DNA from: a virus
Virus record (IMG/VR): IMGVR_UViG_3300045988_006872
Location: 1-42,017 of that record
Length of the DNA stretch: 42,017 bases
Reading direction: 5' to 3' (one strand)
Position 1 is the stretch's first letter. Every line of letters begins with the position of its first letter. Both the position numbers and the translations under genes were made by a program. The notes beneath the pieces were generated by a model, which was given only the letters and a program-made list of their open reading frames with translations, was not told the origin of the DNA and ran no database searches. Shown here one piece after another: positions 30,953 through 38,964 of the stretch.

Positions 30953-31783
30953 ATGGGAGAGAAAAAGGAATACGTCAAGCTGTGGCTGAGTTACAGGAGC
31001 TATTTCGAGGCGTACAGTGCCGCTGAGGTGGGGCGCTTGGTGCTGGCCGCGATGGATTATCGCGAGTCGGGAGCAGAGCCAGAGTTCAGCGGGAGTGAGC
31101 GTTTCATTTGGCCTGCGATTCGACGGGACATTGACGAATCCGTAGCGGCTCAAAAAGCCATCTCCGCGTCCAGAAGCGAAGCAGGAAAGCAGGGCGGTCG
31201 GCCTGAATCAGAAAAAGCAAATGCTTTTGATGAAAGCAACGAAAAGCAAAAAAAGCAAATGCTTTCCGAGGAAAGCAAAAAAAGCTATGGACAAAGGAAA
31301 AGGACAAAGGAAAAGGACATGGACAGTATTCTTTCCCCCCTACCCCCCACGCTGCGCGAAGCAGTTGAAAAATGGGTGACGTACAAGGGCGAACGACGGG
31401 AGGAGTATAAGCCTGTCGGCCTGCAAAGCCTTGTCACGCAGATCACGAAAGCCGCAGAGGAATATGGCGAGGCTGCAATGATCGACGTGATAACCCGCTC
31501 TATGGCCGCAAATTACAAGGGGATCGTGTTTGACTGGCTGAAAGAGGCCAGCACACGCCCTGCGTCGCTTGGCCGCGCTGCAAAGCCCGGCTACGGCGTG
31601 CAGGGGCACCATGATGAGCTGAATCCGTTGGAACGCGCTGCCGTGGACAGGGTGATGGGGCCTATATCGAAGGGGGCCGCTCGGATGCAACATGGCGTAC
31701 AGCGCCACGGGGATGAGTTGGATACGATCCAGCAGGCGGCAATAGACCGGATGCTTGCGGAAAACGAGGAGGATAAGACATGA
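30953..31783 (+). CDS. Replication organiser / initiator-like protein (DUF6291-like N-terminus)
   Basis: 276 aa, positioned after ssb. Low-complexity K/E-rich middle coincides with DNA iterons. Confidence 0.55.
   Translation: MGEKKEYVKLWLSYRSYFEAYSAAEVGRLVLAAMDYRESGAEPEFSGSERFIWPAIRRDIDESVAAQKAISASRSEAGKQGGRPESEKANAFDESNEKQKKQMLSEESKKSYGQRKRTKEKDMDSILSPLPPTLREAVEKWVTYKGERREEYKPVGLQSLVTQITKAAEEYGEAAMIDVITRSMAANYKGIVFDWLKEASTRPASLGRAAKPGYGVQGHHDELNPLERAAVDRVMGPISKGAARMQHGVQRHGDELDTIQQAAIDRMLAENEEDKT
31205..31325. repeat. Iteron-like repeat cluster (candidate origin of replication) inside the replication gene
   Basis: The 16-mer aaaaagcaaatgcttt occurs at 31212-31227 and 31250-31265 and contains the palindrome aaagca-aa-tgcttt. 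gaaagcaa occurs twice (31232, 31271), with a variant gaaaagca at 31241. Tandem ggacaaaggaaaa x2 at 31289-31314. Confidence 0.45.
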
Positions 31784-32049
31784 AAATGCTGGGAAAACTG
31801 GCAAGATCGCTGGCAGCTCGCTATGTCTGCCAGAACTGCGAGAAGGAAAAAGAACGAAGGGCCGTGGCCCATAATGCTACGAAATGTCTGGAACGCAACA
31901 GCCTTTTGGCCGAAAGCAATCAGGCCGCGTCCATCGAGATCCACCGCCTCGAAAAAGCGCTGGCGAAAGCAGAGCTGGAGCGCGACGTTGCACGTGAAAT
32001 GCTGCTCGAGAGAAGCACGCCGGATACACGGCCGGGGGCGCTGGTATGA
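31780..32049 (+). CDS. Hypothetical coiled-coil protein
   Basis: 89 aa, ATGA overlap. Confidence 0.5.
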   Translation: MKMLGKLARSLAARYVCQNCEKEKERRAVAHNATKCLERNSLLAESNQAASIEIHRLEKALAKAELERDVAREMLLERSTPDTRPGALV

Positions 32050-32480
32050 ATAAAGATGTGATGTTTTCCAGCGCGACGGATTTGTGGGAAACGCCGCAGA
32101 GCTTTTTTGACGCGCTGAACGAAGAATTTGGCTTTGAAACGGACGTCTGCGCGCTGCCGGAGAATGCAAAATGCGCGCGGTATTTTACACCGGAGGACAA
32201 CGGCCTTGCTCAGACGTGGACGGGCGTCTGCTGGTGTAACCCGCCGTATGGGCGGGAGATCGGGAAATGGGTGCAGAAAGCATCAATGTCCGCCAACAAA
32301 AATGGGGCAACCGTCGTCATGCTGCTGCCCGCGCGGACGGATACAAAGTGGTTTCATCGATACATATACGGGAAGGCGAAAATCCGCTTTATCGCCGGTC
32401 GGCTGAAATTCGGCGGCGGCAAGCACAACGCGCCGTTTCCAAGCATGGTTGTGGTATTCGGGCAGGAGGATAAGACATGA
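32046..32480 (+). CDS. Phage N6-adenine DNA methyltransferase (Dam/PF05869-type)
   Basis: 'DLWETPQSFFDALNEEFGF..DVCA', 'CNPPYG' (NPPY) and 'LLPARTDTKWFH'. Confidence 0.9.
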   Translation: MNKDVMFSSATDLWETPQSFFDALNEEFGFETDVCALPENAKCARYFTPEDNGLAQTWTGVCWCNPPYGREIGKWVQKASMSANKNGATVVMLLPARTDTKWFHRYIYGKAKIRFIAGRLKFGGGKHNAPFPSMVVVFGQEDKT

Positions 32481-32644
32481 GATTTGTCTGCGACTGCTGC
32501 CACGATCTGACGAACATCGAGGCAGACCGGATGGAGATCCAGGGCGAGAAGCTGATGGTGTACAGCCGCGGGCGGCTGGTGTACATGGCGGATCTCGGCC
32601 AGATCATGCTGGCCAAGCTGACGCCGGGGAGGGATGAAAAGTGA
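32477..32644 (+). CDS. Hypothetical 55-aa Cys-containing protein
   Basis: ATGA overlap upstream and GTGA overlap downstream. MRFVCDCCHDLTNIEADRMEIQGEKLMVYSRGRLVYMADLGQIMLAKLTPGRDEK was read manually. Confidence 0.45.
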   Translation: MRFVCDCCHDLTNIEADRMEIQGEKLMVYSRGRLVYMADLGQIMLAKLTPGRDEK

Positions 32645-33789
32645 GAGCTAACAAAGACGGCAGGTTCAGGAGCAGCGTGTATACGCAGCGACCGCCGTAT
32701 GCAGATTTCGATGCGCCTGCGAAGTTTCAGGCAATTCAGAGCATCATCGCAAAGCGCCTGAAAGAGCATCCGAACGCGATGTGTTCGTACTCTGGAGGCA
32801 GCGACAGCGACATCATGATGCACATGATTGAGACCGCTCGGAAGATATTCCGCCTGCCGCCGATCAGATATTACTTTTTCGAGACGGGGCTTGAGATGGA
32901 GGCCACGCGCCGCCATGTGAAGGAAATGGCAGAGCTTTACGGCGTGGAGATCCAGACCGTCCGCCCGAAGAAAAACATCGTGCAGGCTACACGGGAATAC
33001 GGGCAGCCGTTCGTCTCGAAGATCATGTCTGCCGGGCTGGAAGGCGTGCAAAAGAAGGGCATTCCGCTGAGCATCCACGAGGAATACAACAACGCAGAGG
33101 ATAAGGCGGCGAAGCGCCAGGAGCTGAAAGAGCGGTATCCGGGCTGCGAAACGACGATCAATTTCCTTTGCTGCTGCAACTCGAAGGGCGAACCACGCCC
33201 GGATATTCAGCTGGTCATCAATTCAAGCAAGTACATGCTGGACTTCATCCGGGAAAATCCGATTCCGTTCCGGGTAAGCAACCATTGCTGCGACGTCTGC
33301 AAAAAGCAGCCTGCACATGAGATCGAAAAGCAGTTTGAGATGGTCATCACCGGCGAGCGCCGCGACGAAGGCGGAATGCGGTCTGTGCCACGCGGCGACA
33401 GCTCCAGTATGTGCTTTACGGAAACGGCAAAAGGCACATTCCGCCTCCGCCCGCTGTTTTACGTCTCGGACGCGGACAAGCAATGGTACAAGGATTACTA
33501 TGGCCTCAAGTACTCGGACGCCTATGAAGTCTACGGCCTCAAGCGGACGGGCTGCTGCGGCTGCGCGATCTCTGCCAGAGCCGCAGCGGATCTGGAGCTG
33601 ATCCGGCAATATGAGCCGAACGTCGTCAAGGCGGCGTGGGCGATCTTCGGCGACAGCTACCGCTATCGCGCTCTTTACAACGAGTACAAAGCCAAGCGCA
33701 TGGAATCAGAAAAGGCGGCAAAGAAAGTGAAAGCCGTAACTGAGAATCTGCCGGGGCAGATGGTTTTTGAAGGAATGGAGAATATATGA
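32641..33789 (+). CDS. PAPS-reductase-family PP-loop protein with Cys clusters (IbrA/DndC-like)
   Basis: GTG start behind GGAGGG. PP-loop 'SYSGGSDSD'. Cys clusters 'FLCCCNS', 'NHCCDVCKK' and 'TGCCGCAIS'. Confidence 0.8.
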   Translation: MRANKDGRFRSSVYTQRPPYADFDAPAKFQAIQSIIAKRLKEHPNAMCSYSGGSDSDIMMHMIETARKIFRLPPIRYYFFETGLEMEATRRHVKEMAELYGVEIQTVRPKKNIVQATREYGQPFVSKIMSAGLEGVQKKGIPLSIHEEYNNAEDKAAKRQELKERYPGCETTINFLCCCNSKGEPRPDIQLVINSSKYMLDFIRENPIPFRVSNHCCDVCKKQPAHEIEKQFEMVITGERRDEGGMRSVPRGDSSSMCFTETAKGTFRLRPLFYVSDADKQWYKDYYGLKYSDAYEVYGLKRTGCCGCAISARAAADLELIRQYEPNVVKAAWAIFGDSYRYRALYNEYKAKRMESEKAAKKVKAVTENLPGQMVFEGMENI

Positions 33790-34280
33790 CAGAAAAAGAA
33801 ATCGCACAGGCGCTGCGGTGCTGCGCCAAGGGGCTTGGACACGACGACGCGTGCGAAAACTGCAAGGTCGGAGAAACCCAAGATCGGCGGGAATACATCG
33901 AGTTTGCGGCTGCTAACGTGATCGAGCGCTTGTCCGCCGAGAACGCGGCACTGCGGGAGAAACAGAGGTGGATTCCAGTGGCGGAGCGGCTGCCGAAACC
34001 AGAGACAGATGTTTTGGCAGTTTGCAATCGAAACGGATACATTTTCGTGATACCGGCTATCTACGAGGACGGGAAGTTACTGACGCAGGAAAGTGCGTGG
34101 AACTGGAGCGACATCTACTGCTATGGCCTGTACGACGAGGAGGCGGATGATTACTACATCCCGGAGGGTTGGTGGGAGAACAGACAGTTTAATCCGGACG
34201 ATGTGTACAACAACCCGGTAGACTGCGCAGTTACCCACTGGATGCCGCTGCCGGAAGCACAAGAGGAGGGTGGCACATGA
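33786..34280 (+). CDS. DUF551-domain protein
   Basis: C-terminal 'VTHWMPLPEAQE' matches the DUF551 signature. Cys-rich N-terminus. Confidence 0.7.
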   Translation: MTEKEIAQALRCCAKGLGHDDACENCKVGETQDRREYIEFAAANVIERLSAENAALREKQRWIPVAERLPKPETDVLAVCNRNGYIFVIPAIYEDGKLLTQESAWNWSDIYCYGLYDEEADDYYIPEGWWENRQFNPDDVYNNPVDCAVTHWMPLPEAQEEGGT

Positions 34281-34633
34281 GCTACGATATTTCGTTCAAG
34301 GTTAAAGTCGACGGAGTTGATGCATACGTCCCCGTTGGTACGTGCGACGCAAATGTAACGTGGAACGTTCGGAAGATTATTAAGAAGTCAACTGGACTGG
34401 AATGGAAGAACTGCCAGAACAACGGGCTTTGCGTGGATGTAATTCCAAAAATCGAGGCTGGTCTGAGAAAGTTGGAGCAGAACCCCGACAAGTTCGAAGA
34501 ATACGAAGCACCGAACGGATGGGGAACGGTAAAAGGGACGGCACAATTTTTCCGGAACATTCTTAACGATTGGAATGATTTCCAGCGATGGTATGAAGAG
34601 CTTGTTCCGGTTGCGACGTTTTGGATTGAATAG
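34277..34633 (+). CDS. Hypothetical protein
   Basis: 118 aa, ATGA overlap. Confidence 0.6.
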   Translation: MSYDISFKVKVDGVDAYVPVGTCDANVTWNVRKIIKKSTGLEWKNCQNNGLCVDVIPKIEAGLRKLEQNPDKFEEYEAPNGWGTVKGTAQFFRNILNDWNDFQRWYEELVPVATFWIE

Positions 34634-34641
34634 GAGGGGCT

Positions 34642-35127
34642 ATGGAACGATTAACGTTTGAAGGAAACTTCTGCGACATTGCGCAATGCCGCGAGCTGCC
34701 TTGCCCGTATGACGGAAGCTGCACGCAGAAGGAGGTATGGGGAAGGCTCAAGGCTTACGAGGACACGGGGCTTGAACCGGAAGCAGTGGAAACGGTTAAG
34801 CTTGCGCTATGTGCAAAACACATGGTTGATCTCGAAACGCTCAACAATACGCCAATCAGCAGGCTTGTAGAGCTTGCCGAGGCCGACAAGGACGGGCGCG
34901 TCAGGATCATGCCGGAAAGCCAGAACGAAACATGCGGGAATTGCGACAATTTCAAGCGCGAATCGGGAACCAGGCACGGGTTGTGCGCGAAGCGGCCGCA
35001 CCCGCGCAACAGATACGGGAAAATAGATCGCAGCAGGAAATTTATTGTGTACCAGAACACACAGAGTTGCAAATTGTACACACCGCTCTGCCTCTGTGCA
35101 GAGCGGGCGATGAAGGGAAAAACATGA
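34642..35127 (+). CDS. Hypothetical Cys-rich protein
   Basis: 161 aa with GGAGGGG RBS. The 'MERLTFEGNFCDIAQC...WGRLKAYEDTGLEPE' pattern is common in Clostridia phages, as far as I remember. Confidence 0.6.
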   Translation: MERLTFEGNFCDIAQCRELPCPYDGSCTQKEVWGRLKAYEDTGLEPEAVETVKLALCAKHMVDLETLNNTPISRLVELAEADKDGRVRIMPESQNETCGNCDNFKRESGTRHGLCAKRPHPRNRYGKIDRSRKFIVYQNTQSCKLYTPLCLCAERAMKGKT

Positions 35128-35375
35128 CCAGAAAACGCGCAAGAAAGATCCTTATGTCTATCGGCACGAGCCGGAACCATGCAAACTGGGGGCTGACAGC
35201 AAAGCCGCGCTGGAAGACAAACGCCGGTGTGGTAGAGGATACGCTGACAATCACCCTGTACGCGAAGCTGCTGCGGAAGAAAATGGATGAGGGCAAAATA
35301 ACGGAGGAACCCGCAATCCGGGCGGGAGCGATGGCAGCGAGTGAGCTTTGGCTAAAGGAGGTAAACCATGCCTGA
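35124..35375 (+). CDS. Hypothetical protein
   Basis: ATGA overlap. Internal Met of track ORF 34932-35375. Confidence 0.5.
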   Translation: MTRKRARKILMSIGTSRNHANWGLTAKPRWKTNAGVVEDTLTITLYAKLLRKKMDEGKITEEPAIRAGAMAASELWLKEVNHA

Positions 35376-35520
35376 CGAATACATCAGCCGCGAAGCGGCG
35401 CGAGTACAAGCGGACGACACGCTCGAGGACGGAATCGTTTACGATTATACGTTCCGCTGCCCTGTCTGCGGCGTGAACGTCTATCTGCAAAATGAGCGGG
35501 CTGCGGTTTGCGCGCGGTAG
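35368..35520 (+). CDS. Hypothetical 50-aa protein
   Basis: AAAGGAGG RBS; read manually (MPDEYISREAARVQADD...CPVCGVNVY...). Confidence 0.4.
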   Translation: MPDEYISREAARVQADDTLEDGIVYDYTFRCPVCGVNVYLQNERAAVCAR

Positions 35521-35585
35521 TGCGAAAGGAGGAAGGTTCGGGTTTGAGAAAAGAAGCCTTAAGGATATTTTGGGAGGAGGCACAA

Positions 35586-35978
35586 ATGAACAAACCAACG
35601 AATGCGGTTGAGATGCGGGAGCTGCTGCTGGATTACATTGACGCGCTGCTCTTGGGAGGGATCCCGAAAGTGGAGCTTGACCCGCCGAAGGAGGAAGCGG
35701 ACATCGAAAAAACGGCTGTGGAGCTGGCGGAGCTGGCAAAGAGGGTGGAGAGCCTGCACACGGATGAATACCGGCTGCTGCTGGATGGCATATCCATCCT
35801 GTACGGCGAAAACCGGGGAACTGCGACGGAGCGCTGCTATGCGCTGTTCTGGCAGGTGCAGCAGATGAAGTCTGTTTCCGGACAACTTGAAAAATGCTTT
35901 GGGATGCTGCGGATGCTGGACTATGTGACAAATAAGACCAGGATGAGCCTTTGGCCGTCTGCTGCACTCGGAATTTAG
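35586..35978 (+). CDS. Hypothetical helical protein
   Basis: GGGAGGAGG RBS. Internal Met 'MNKPTNAVEM'. Confidence 0.55.
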   Translation: MNKPTNAVEMRELLLDYIDALLLGGIPKVELDPPKEEADIEKTAVELAELAKRVESLHTDEYRLLLDGISILYGENRGTATERCYALFWQVQQMKSVSGQLEKCFGMLRMLDYVTNKTRMSLWPSAALGI

Positions 35979-35987
35979 GAGGGCAAC

Positions 35988-36515
35988 ATGAACACTAAAA
36001 TTTTGAAAATCAAGGGCGATTGGCAGGAGGTCGTGGACACCTGCCGCGCCACTTCCGGCAAAGGCTCTTTGGGACATGAGCCGAGCGAGGACTTTAAGCG
36101 CCGAATTTTGATTGCTGAACACTCGCCGATTCGGCGGATCTCGGTATCGTGGGTTTGGCAAGGCATTAAGAGTTGGATTGCGACGCACTGGTCAAGGCAC
36201 AAATGGGAGTGCTTTATCTCTACGCAGAGAACAGACCGAACCGGAACGCCGAGGGACAAGCTCCCGCAGGACGCGCCGGTGCTCTTCGAGGGAGAAGCGG
36301 CGCTGCATGAGATTCAGCCGGAGATCTCGGACGTTCTGGTACCTAACTGCATTTACCGGTGCGGATGCCCGGAGATGCAGACATGCGGTTTGTATGAGAG
36401 CTGGTCCCGCCTTCGACCGGAAGTCATGAGTACATACATCCAACACCGATACGACATCTACAACAGTATGTTTTGGAAAGCGAGGGCAAAACGTGGGAAC
36501 GATTCTGGCGATTGA
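35988..36515 (+). CDS. Short divergent ThyX-like (FAD-dependent thymidylate synthase fold) protein
   Basis: 'AEHSPIRRISVSWVWQGIKSWIATHWSRHKWECFISTQRT' parallels the ThyX 'H.SP.EH..f.F.i.gisr.....l.RHR......S.RY' core, but with RHK and TQRT substitutions. Only 175 aa, with a Cys-rich tail. Confidence 0.45.
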   Translation: MNTKILKIKGDWQEVVDTCRATSGKGSLGHEPSEDFKRRILIAEHSPIRRISVSWVWQGIKSWIATHWSRHKWECFISTQRTDRTGTPRDKLPQDAPVLFEGEAALHEIQPEISDVLVPNCIYRCGCPEMQTCGLYESWSRLRPEVMSTYIQHRYDIYNSMFWKARAKRGNDSGD

Positions 36516-37002
36516 CCCCGGCAATATTCAATCCGGCTATGTAATCGTAGAGCATGACGGCGAAGAGATCCGCCGCGTGCTGGACGCCGGGAAGAAATGC
36601 AACAATGAGCTGCTGCCGATGCTTGAGCGGAAGCTTTACGGGAACGGCTCCGACGTGGCAATCGAAATGATTGCTGGCATGGGCATGACGGTAGGCCAAG
36701 AGGTTTTCGATACTTGCGTCTGGATCGGACGGTTCTGGCAGACTGTATTGTGGCAGACTGGATATGCGCCGACGCGGATATACCGCCGGGAAGAAAAGCT
36801 GAATCTGTGCGGCTCGCTATCTGCCAAAGATGCAAACATCCGGCAGGCCCTCGTTGACCGCTACACGCTCGGACAGCCGAACTTCGGCAAGGGCACAAAG
36901 AAGGACCCCGGTTTCTTCTACGGTTTCTCGGCGGACATGTGGGCGGCTATGGCTGTGGCTGTGACGTATTTTGATAAATACATAAAGGGGGTAAAGCTTT
37001 GA
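36493..37002 (+). CDS. RuvC-like Holliday junction resolvase
   Basis: GTG start. 'ILAIDPGNIQSGYVIV' has the catalytic Asp context and 'AIEMI' follows. Confidence 0.7.
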   Translation: MGTILAIDPGNIQSGYVIVEHDGEEIRRVLDAGKKCNNELLPMLERKLYGNGSDVAIEMIAGMGMTVGQEVFDTCVWIGRFWQTVLWQTGYAPTRIYRREEKLNLCGSLSAKDANIRQALVDRYTLGQPNFGKGTKKDPGFFYGFSADMWAAMAVAVTYFDKYIKGVKL

Positions 37003-37337
37003 TGAGAGAGCCGGAGCGCTGCGCATACTGCGGCAATATCATCACCGGTAGCCGCAACAAGCGGATCAAGCTGCACTTCTGCAGCCGCGTATGCAGTGGC
37101 ATGTACCACAAGCTGCACCCGGCCAACACGCGGCCGGGCAGCGGCCCGGAAACACAGTGGACGCCGGTGCAGATCGTGATCACGGCCGCAATCCCTGTAT
37201 ACCCAGAGCTGCAGCCGCAAGTCGGCAGGCGGTACAACGCGGAGCGGTACGCGGGCAGGCTGAATGCGATCTCGTATATCGTGGAGATCGGCGGGAAGCG
37301 GATCTGCGTCAGGAGGGACGAATGCAGGGAGATTTGA
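36999..37337 (+). CDS. Hypothetical zinc-binding-like protein
   Basis: 'CAYCGN...FCSRVCS'; overlapping start. Confidence 0.5.
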   Translation: MMREPERCAYCGNIITGSRNKRIKLHFCSRVCSGMYHKLHPANTRPGSGPETQWTPVQIVITAAIPVYPELQPQVGRRYNAERYAGRLNAISYIVEIGGKRICVRRDECREI

Positions 37338-37555
37338 AAATTAGCCCGTATTCCGCGCCGTGCAAGGATTGCCCCGAAAAGGGCTGCGGGCCGAAGCATG
37401 CCACATGTGAGGCATACATAGCGTACCGCAAGGCTGCGGACGAGTACAACAAAAGCAAGGTAGAGCGCACAGAGCGCGGGATGGAAACAAGCGGCATGTC
37501 CGCCAGAGCGCGGAAATACGATCGGGCAAAACGTGAAGGGAGGGTACACTATTGA
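37322..37555 (+). CDS. Hypothetical Cys-rich basic protein
   Basis: Internal Met 'MQGDLKISPYSAPCKDCPEKGCG'. Confidence 0.5.
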   Translation: MQGDLKISPYSAPCKDCPEKGCGPKHATCEAYIAYRKAADEYNKSKVERTERGMETSGMSARARKYDRAKREGRVHY

Positions 37556-37872
37556 TGGAACAGATTAAGGGGGCAAAGTACGACGAGGGCAAGCCGAGGC
37601 CGTCGCTTGTACCGGTAGAGGCAATCGAGGCAATCATGCAGGTGCGGGAGTTTGGCAAGGCAAAATACGCCGATGCAGAGGACTGGCGCAAGGTGCCGCG
37701 TGAGAAGTGGCTGGACGCCCTTCTGCGCCACGTTCTGCATATCTGGGATAATCCGCTGGCGCTCGACTATGAGAGCGGCTTACCGGCTCTGTGGCATATT
37801 ATAACTAATGCTGCGTTTCTGTGCGCAGCGTACAAGGACGAGCTGCAGGCTTGCCAAAAGGAGGAGTTATGA
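37552..37872 (+). CDS. DUF5664 / dATP-dGTP diphosphohydrolase-N-like (MazG-like all-alpha) protein
   Basis: 'KYDEGKPRPSLVPVEAIEAIMQVREFGKAKY...W...LDALLRHV...ESGLPALWHIITNAAFL' closely follows the family pattern. Confidence 0.7.
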   Translation: MMEQIKGAKYDEGKPRPSLVPVEAIEAIMQVREFGKAKYADAEDWRKVPREKWLDALLRHVLHIWDNPLALDYESGLPALWHIITNAAFLCAAYKDELQACQKEEL

Positions 37873-38159
37873 GTAAGCCGCGCTACGGCTGGTGGCCATA
37901 TGCAAAGTGGATGATCCGCAATTATAAGGGCGGCGGGCTGATGACGAAGTCCGAGCGTGCTGCCGTTGAGGAGGCAATCGCGGAGACAGAACAGCTCGTT
38001 GACGGCGCGGAGCGACTCCGGCTCATAGATTTGGTCCTTTGGAAGCGTACACACACCTTACAGGGCGCTGCGATGGCGGTTTATGTGTCCGAACGCACCG
38101 CACAGGAGTGGCACAGGCAATTTATTCGCCTTGTGGGGCAAAAAAGAGGGCTTTTATGA
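37869..38159 (+). CDS. Late-gene transcriptional activator (ArpU/RinA-like, sigma region-4-like HTH)
   Basis: ATGA overlap. 'LIDLVLWKRTHTLQGAAMAVYVSERTAQEWHRQFIRLV'. Lies just upstream of the packaging genes. Confidence 0.65.
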   Translation: MSKPRYGWWPYAKWMIRNYKGGGLMTKSERAAVEEAIAETEQLVDGAERLRLIDLVLWKRTHTLQGAAMAVYVSERTAQEWHRQFIRLVGQKRGLL

Positions 38160-38200
38160 AAAAGTCTGCGTCCCAGAGCCAAATTTAACATTTACTATAA

Positions 38201-38230
38201 GGGCGTAGAGATCAACTCTACGCCCCTTTT
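38201..38230 (+). terminator. Rho-independent terminator after the early/middle operon
   Basis: 10-bp stem gggcgtagag/ctctacgccc, loop ATCAA, then CTTTT. Confidence 0.7.
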
Positions 38231-38269
38231 CATCTGCACCGCAGCGTTCTGCGGAAACCTCCTCCTCCT

Positions 38270-38327
38270 GTTCTCGTGTTCTCCGGTGTGAATAAATATA
38301 TTTATTCACACACGGAGACACGAGAAC
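38270..38327. repeat. 58-bp near-perfect inverted repeat (perfect 26-bp AT-rich palindromic core at 38287-38312)
   Basis: gttctcgtgttctccggtgtgaataaata | tatttattcacacacggagacacgagaac. Only a one-base bulge on each arm. Confidence 0.85.
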
Positions 38328-38354
38328 GAAAGAATGAGGCAGAAAGGAGCGGCT

Positions 38355-38591
38355 ATGGCGAGTTTGCGCGCCCTTGCACACAAGCTGCAAACAGCGCTCT
38401 TGTACAACGGAATCAAAATAAAAATCAATCAAATGCAGACCTATTCCGCGAAAAATGACAGGATGGTGACGAAATACATGGTTTACGAATATCGACCTGA
38501 TGAAAAGCCGAAGAATGTCACTCTGCTGGAAACGTACCAGATTGCGGATGTGGTGAAACTGCTGGCCGGACTTTACAGTGATGGCGGATGA
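38355..38591 (+). CDS. Hypothetical small protein upstream of terS
   Basis: AAAGGAG RBS. Internal Met 'MASLRALAHKL'. Confidence 0.55.
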   Translation: MASLRALAHKLQTALLYNGIKIKINQMQTYSAKNDRMVTKYMVYEYRPDEKPKNVTLLETYQIADVVKLLAGLYSDGG

Positions 38592-38964
38592 AAAGCTTAC
38601 GCTGAAGCAGAGACGATTCTGCGAAGAATATTTGAAATCCGGCAATGCCACAGAAGCGGCGAAAAAAGCGGGATATAGCCTGAAAACGGCCCCGTTCATC
38701 GGCGCTGAAAACCTAAAAAAACCTCAAATTTCTGCCTATATTGAGCGCAGGATGGGCGAACAAGAAGCGGCGCTGGTCGCTGACGCAAACGAGGTGCTGC
38801 AGTTTTATTCTGCTGTTATGCGCGGAGAGGTAAAGGACCAATTTGGAATGGACGCTTCGCTTTCCGACCGCCTGAAGGCTGCAGACAGTCTGGCGAAACG
38901 TCTTGCTGCGGCAGAACTTAAGCCAAACGCGGAAGATGCGGTGCGGGTGATTATCGATGTCTGA
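38581..38964 (+). CDS. terS: Terminase small subunit (Terminase_2/P27-like)
   Basis: 'LTLKQRRFCEEYLKSGNATEAAKKAGYS' is a classic terS N-terminal HTH. Confidence 0.85.
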   Translation: MADEKLTLKQRRFCEEYLKSGNATEAAKKAGYSLKTAPFIGAENLKKPQISAYIERRMGEQEAALVADANEVLQFYSAVMRGEVKDQFGMDASLSDRLKAADSLAKRLAAAELKPNAEDAVRVIIDV

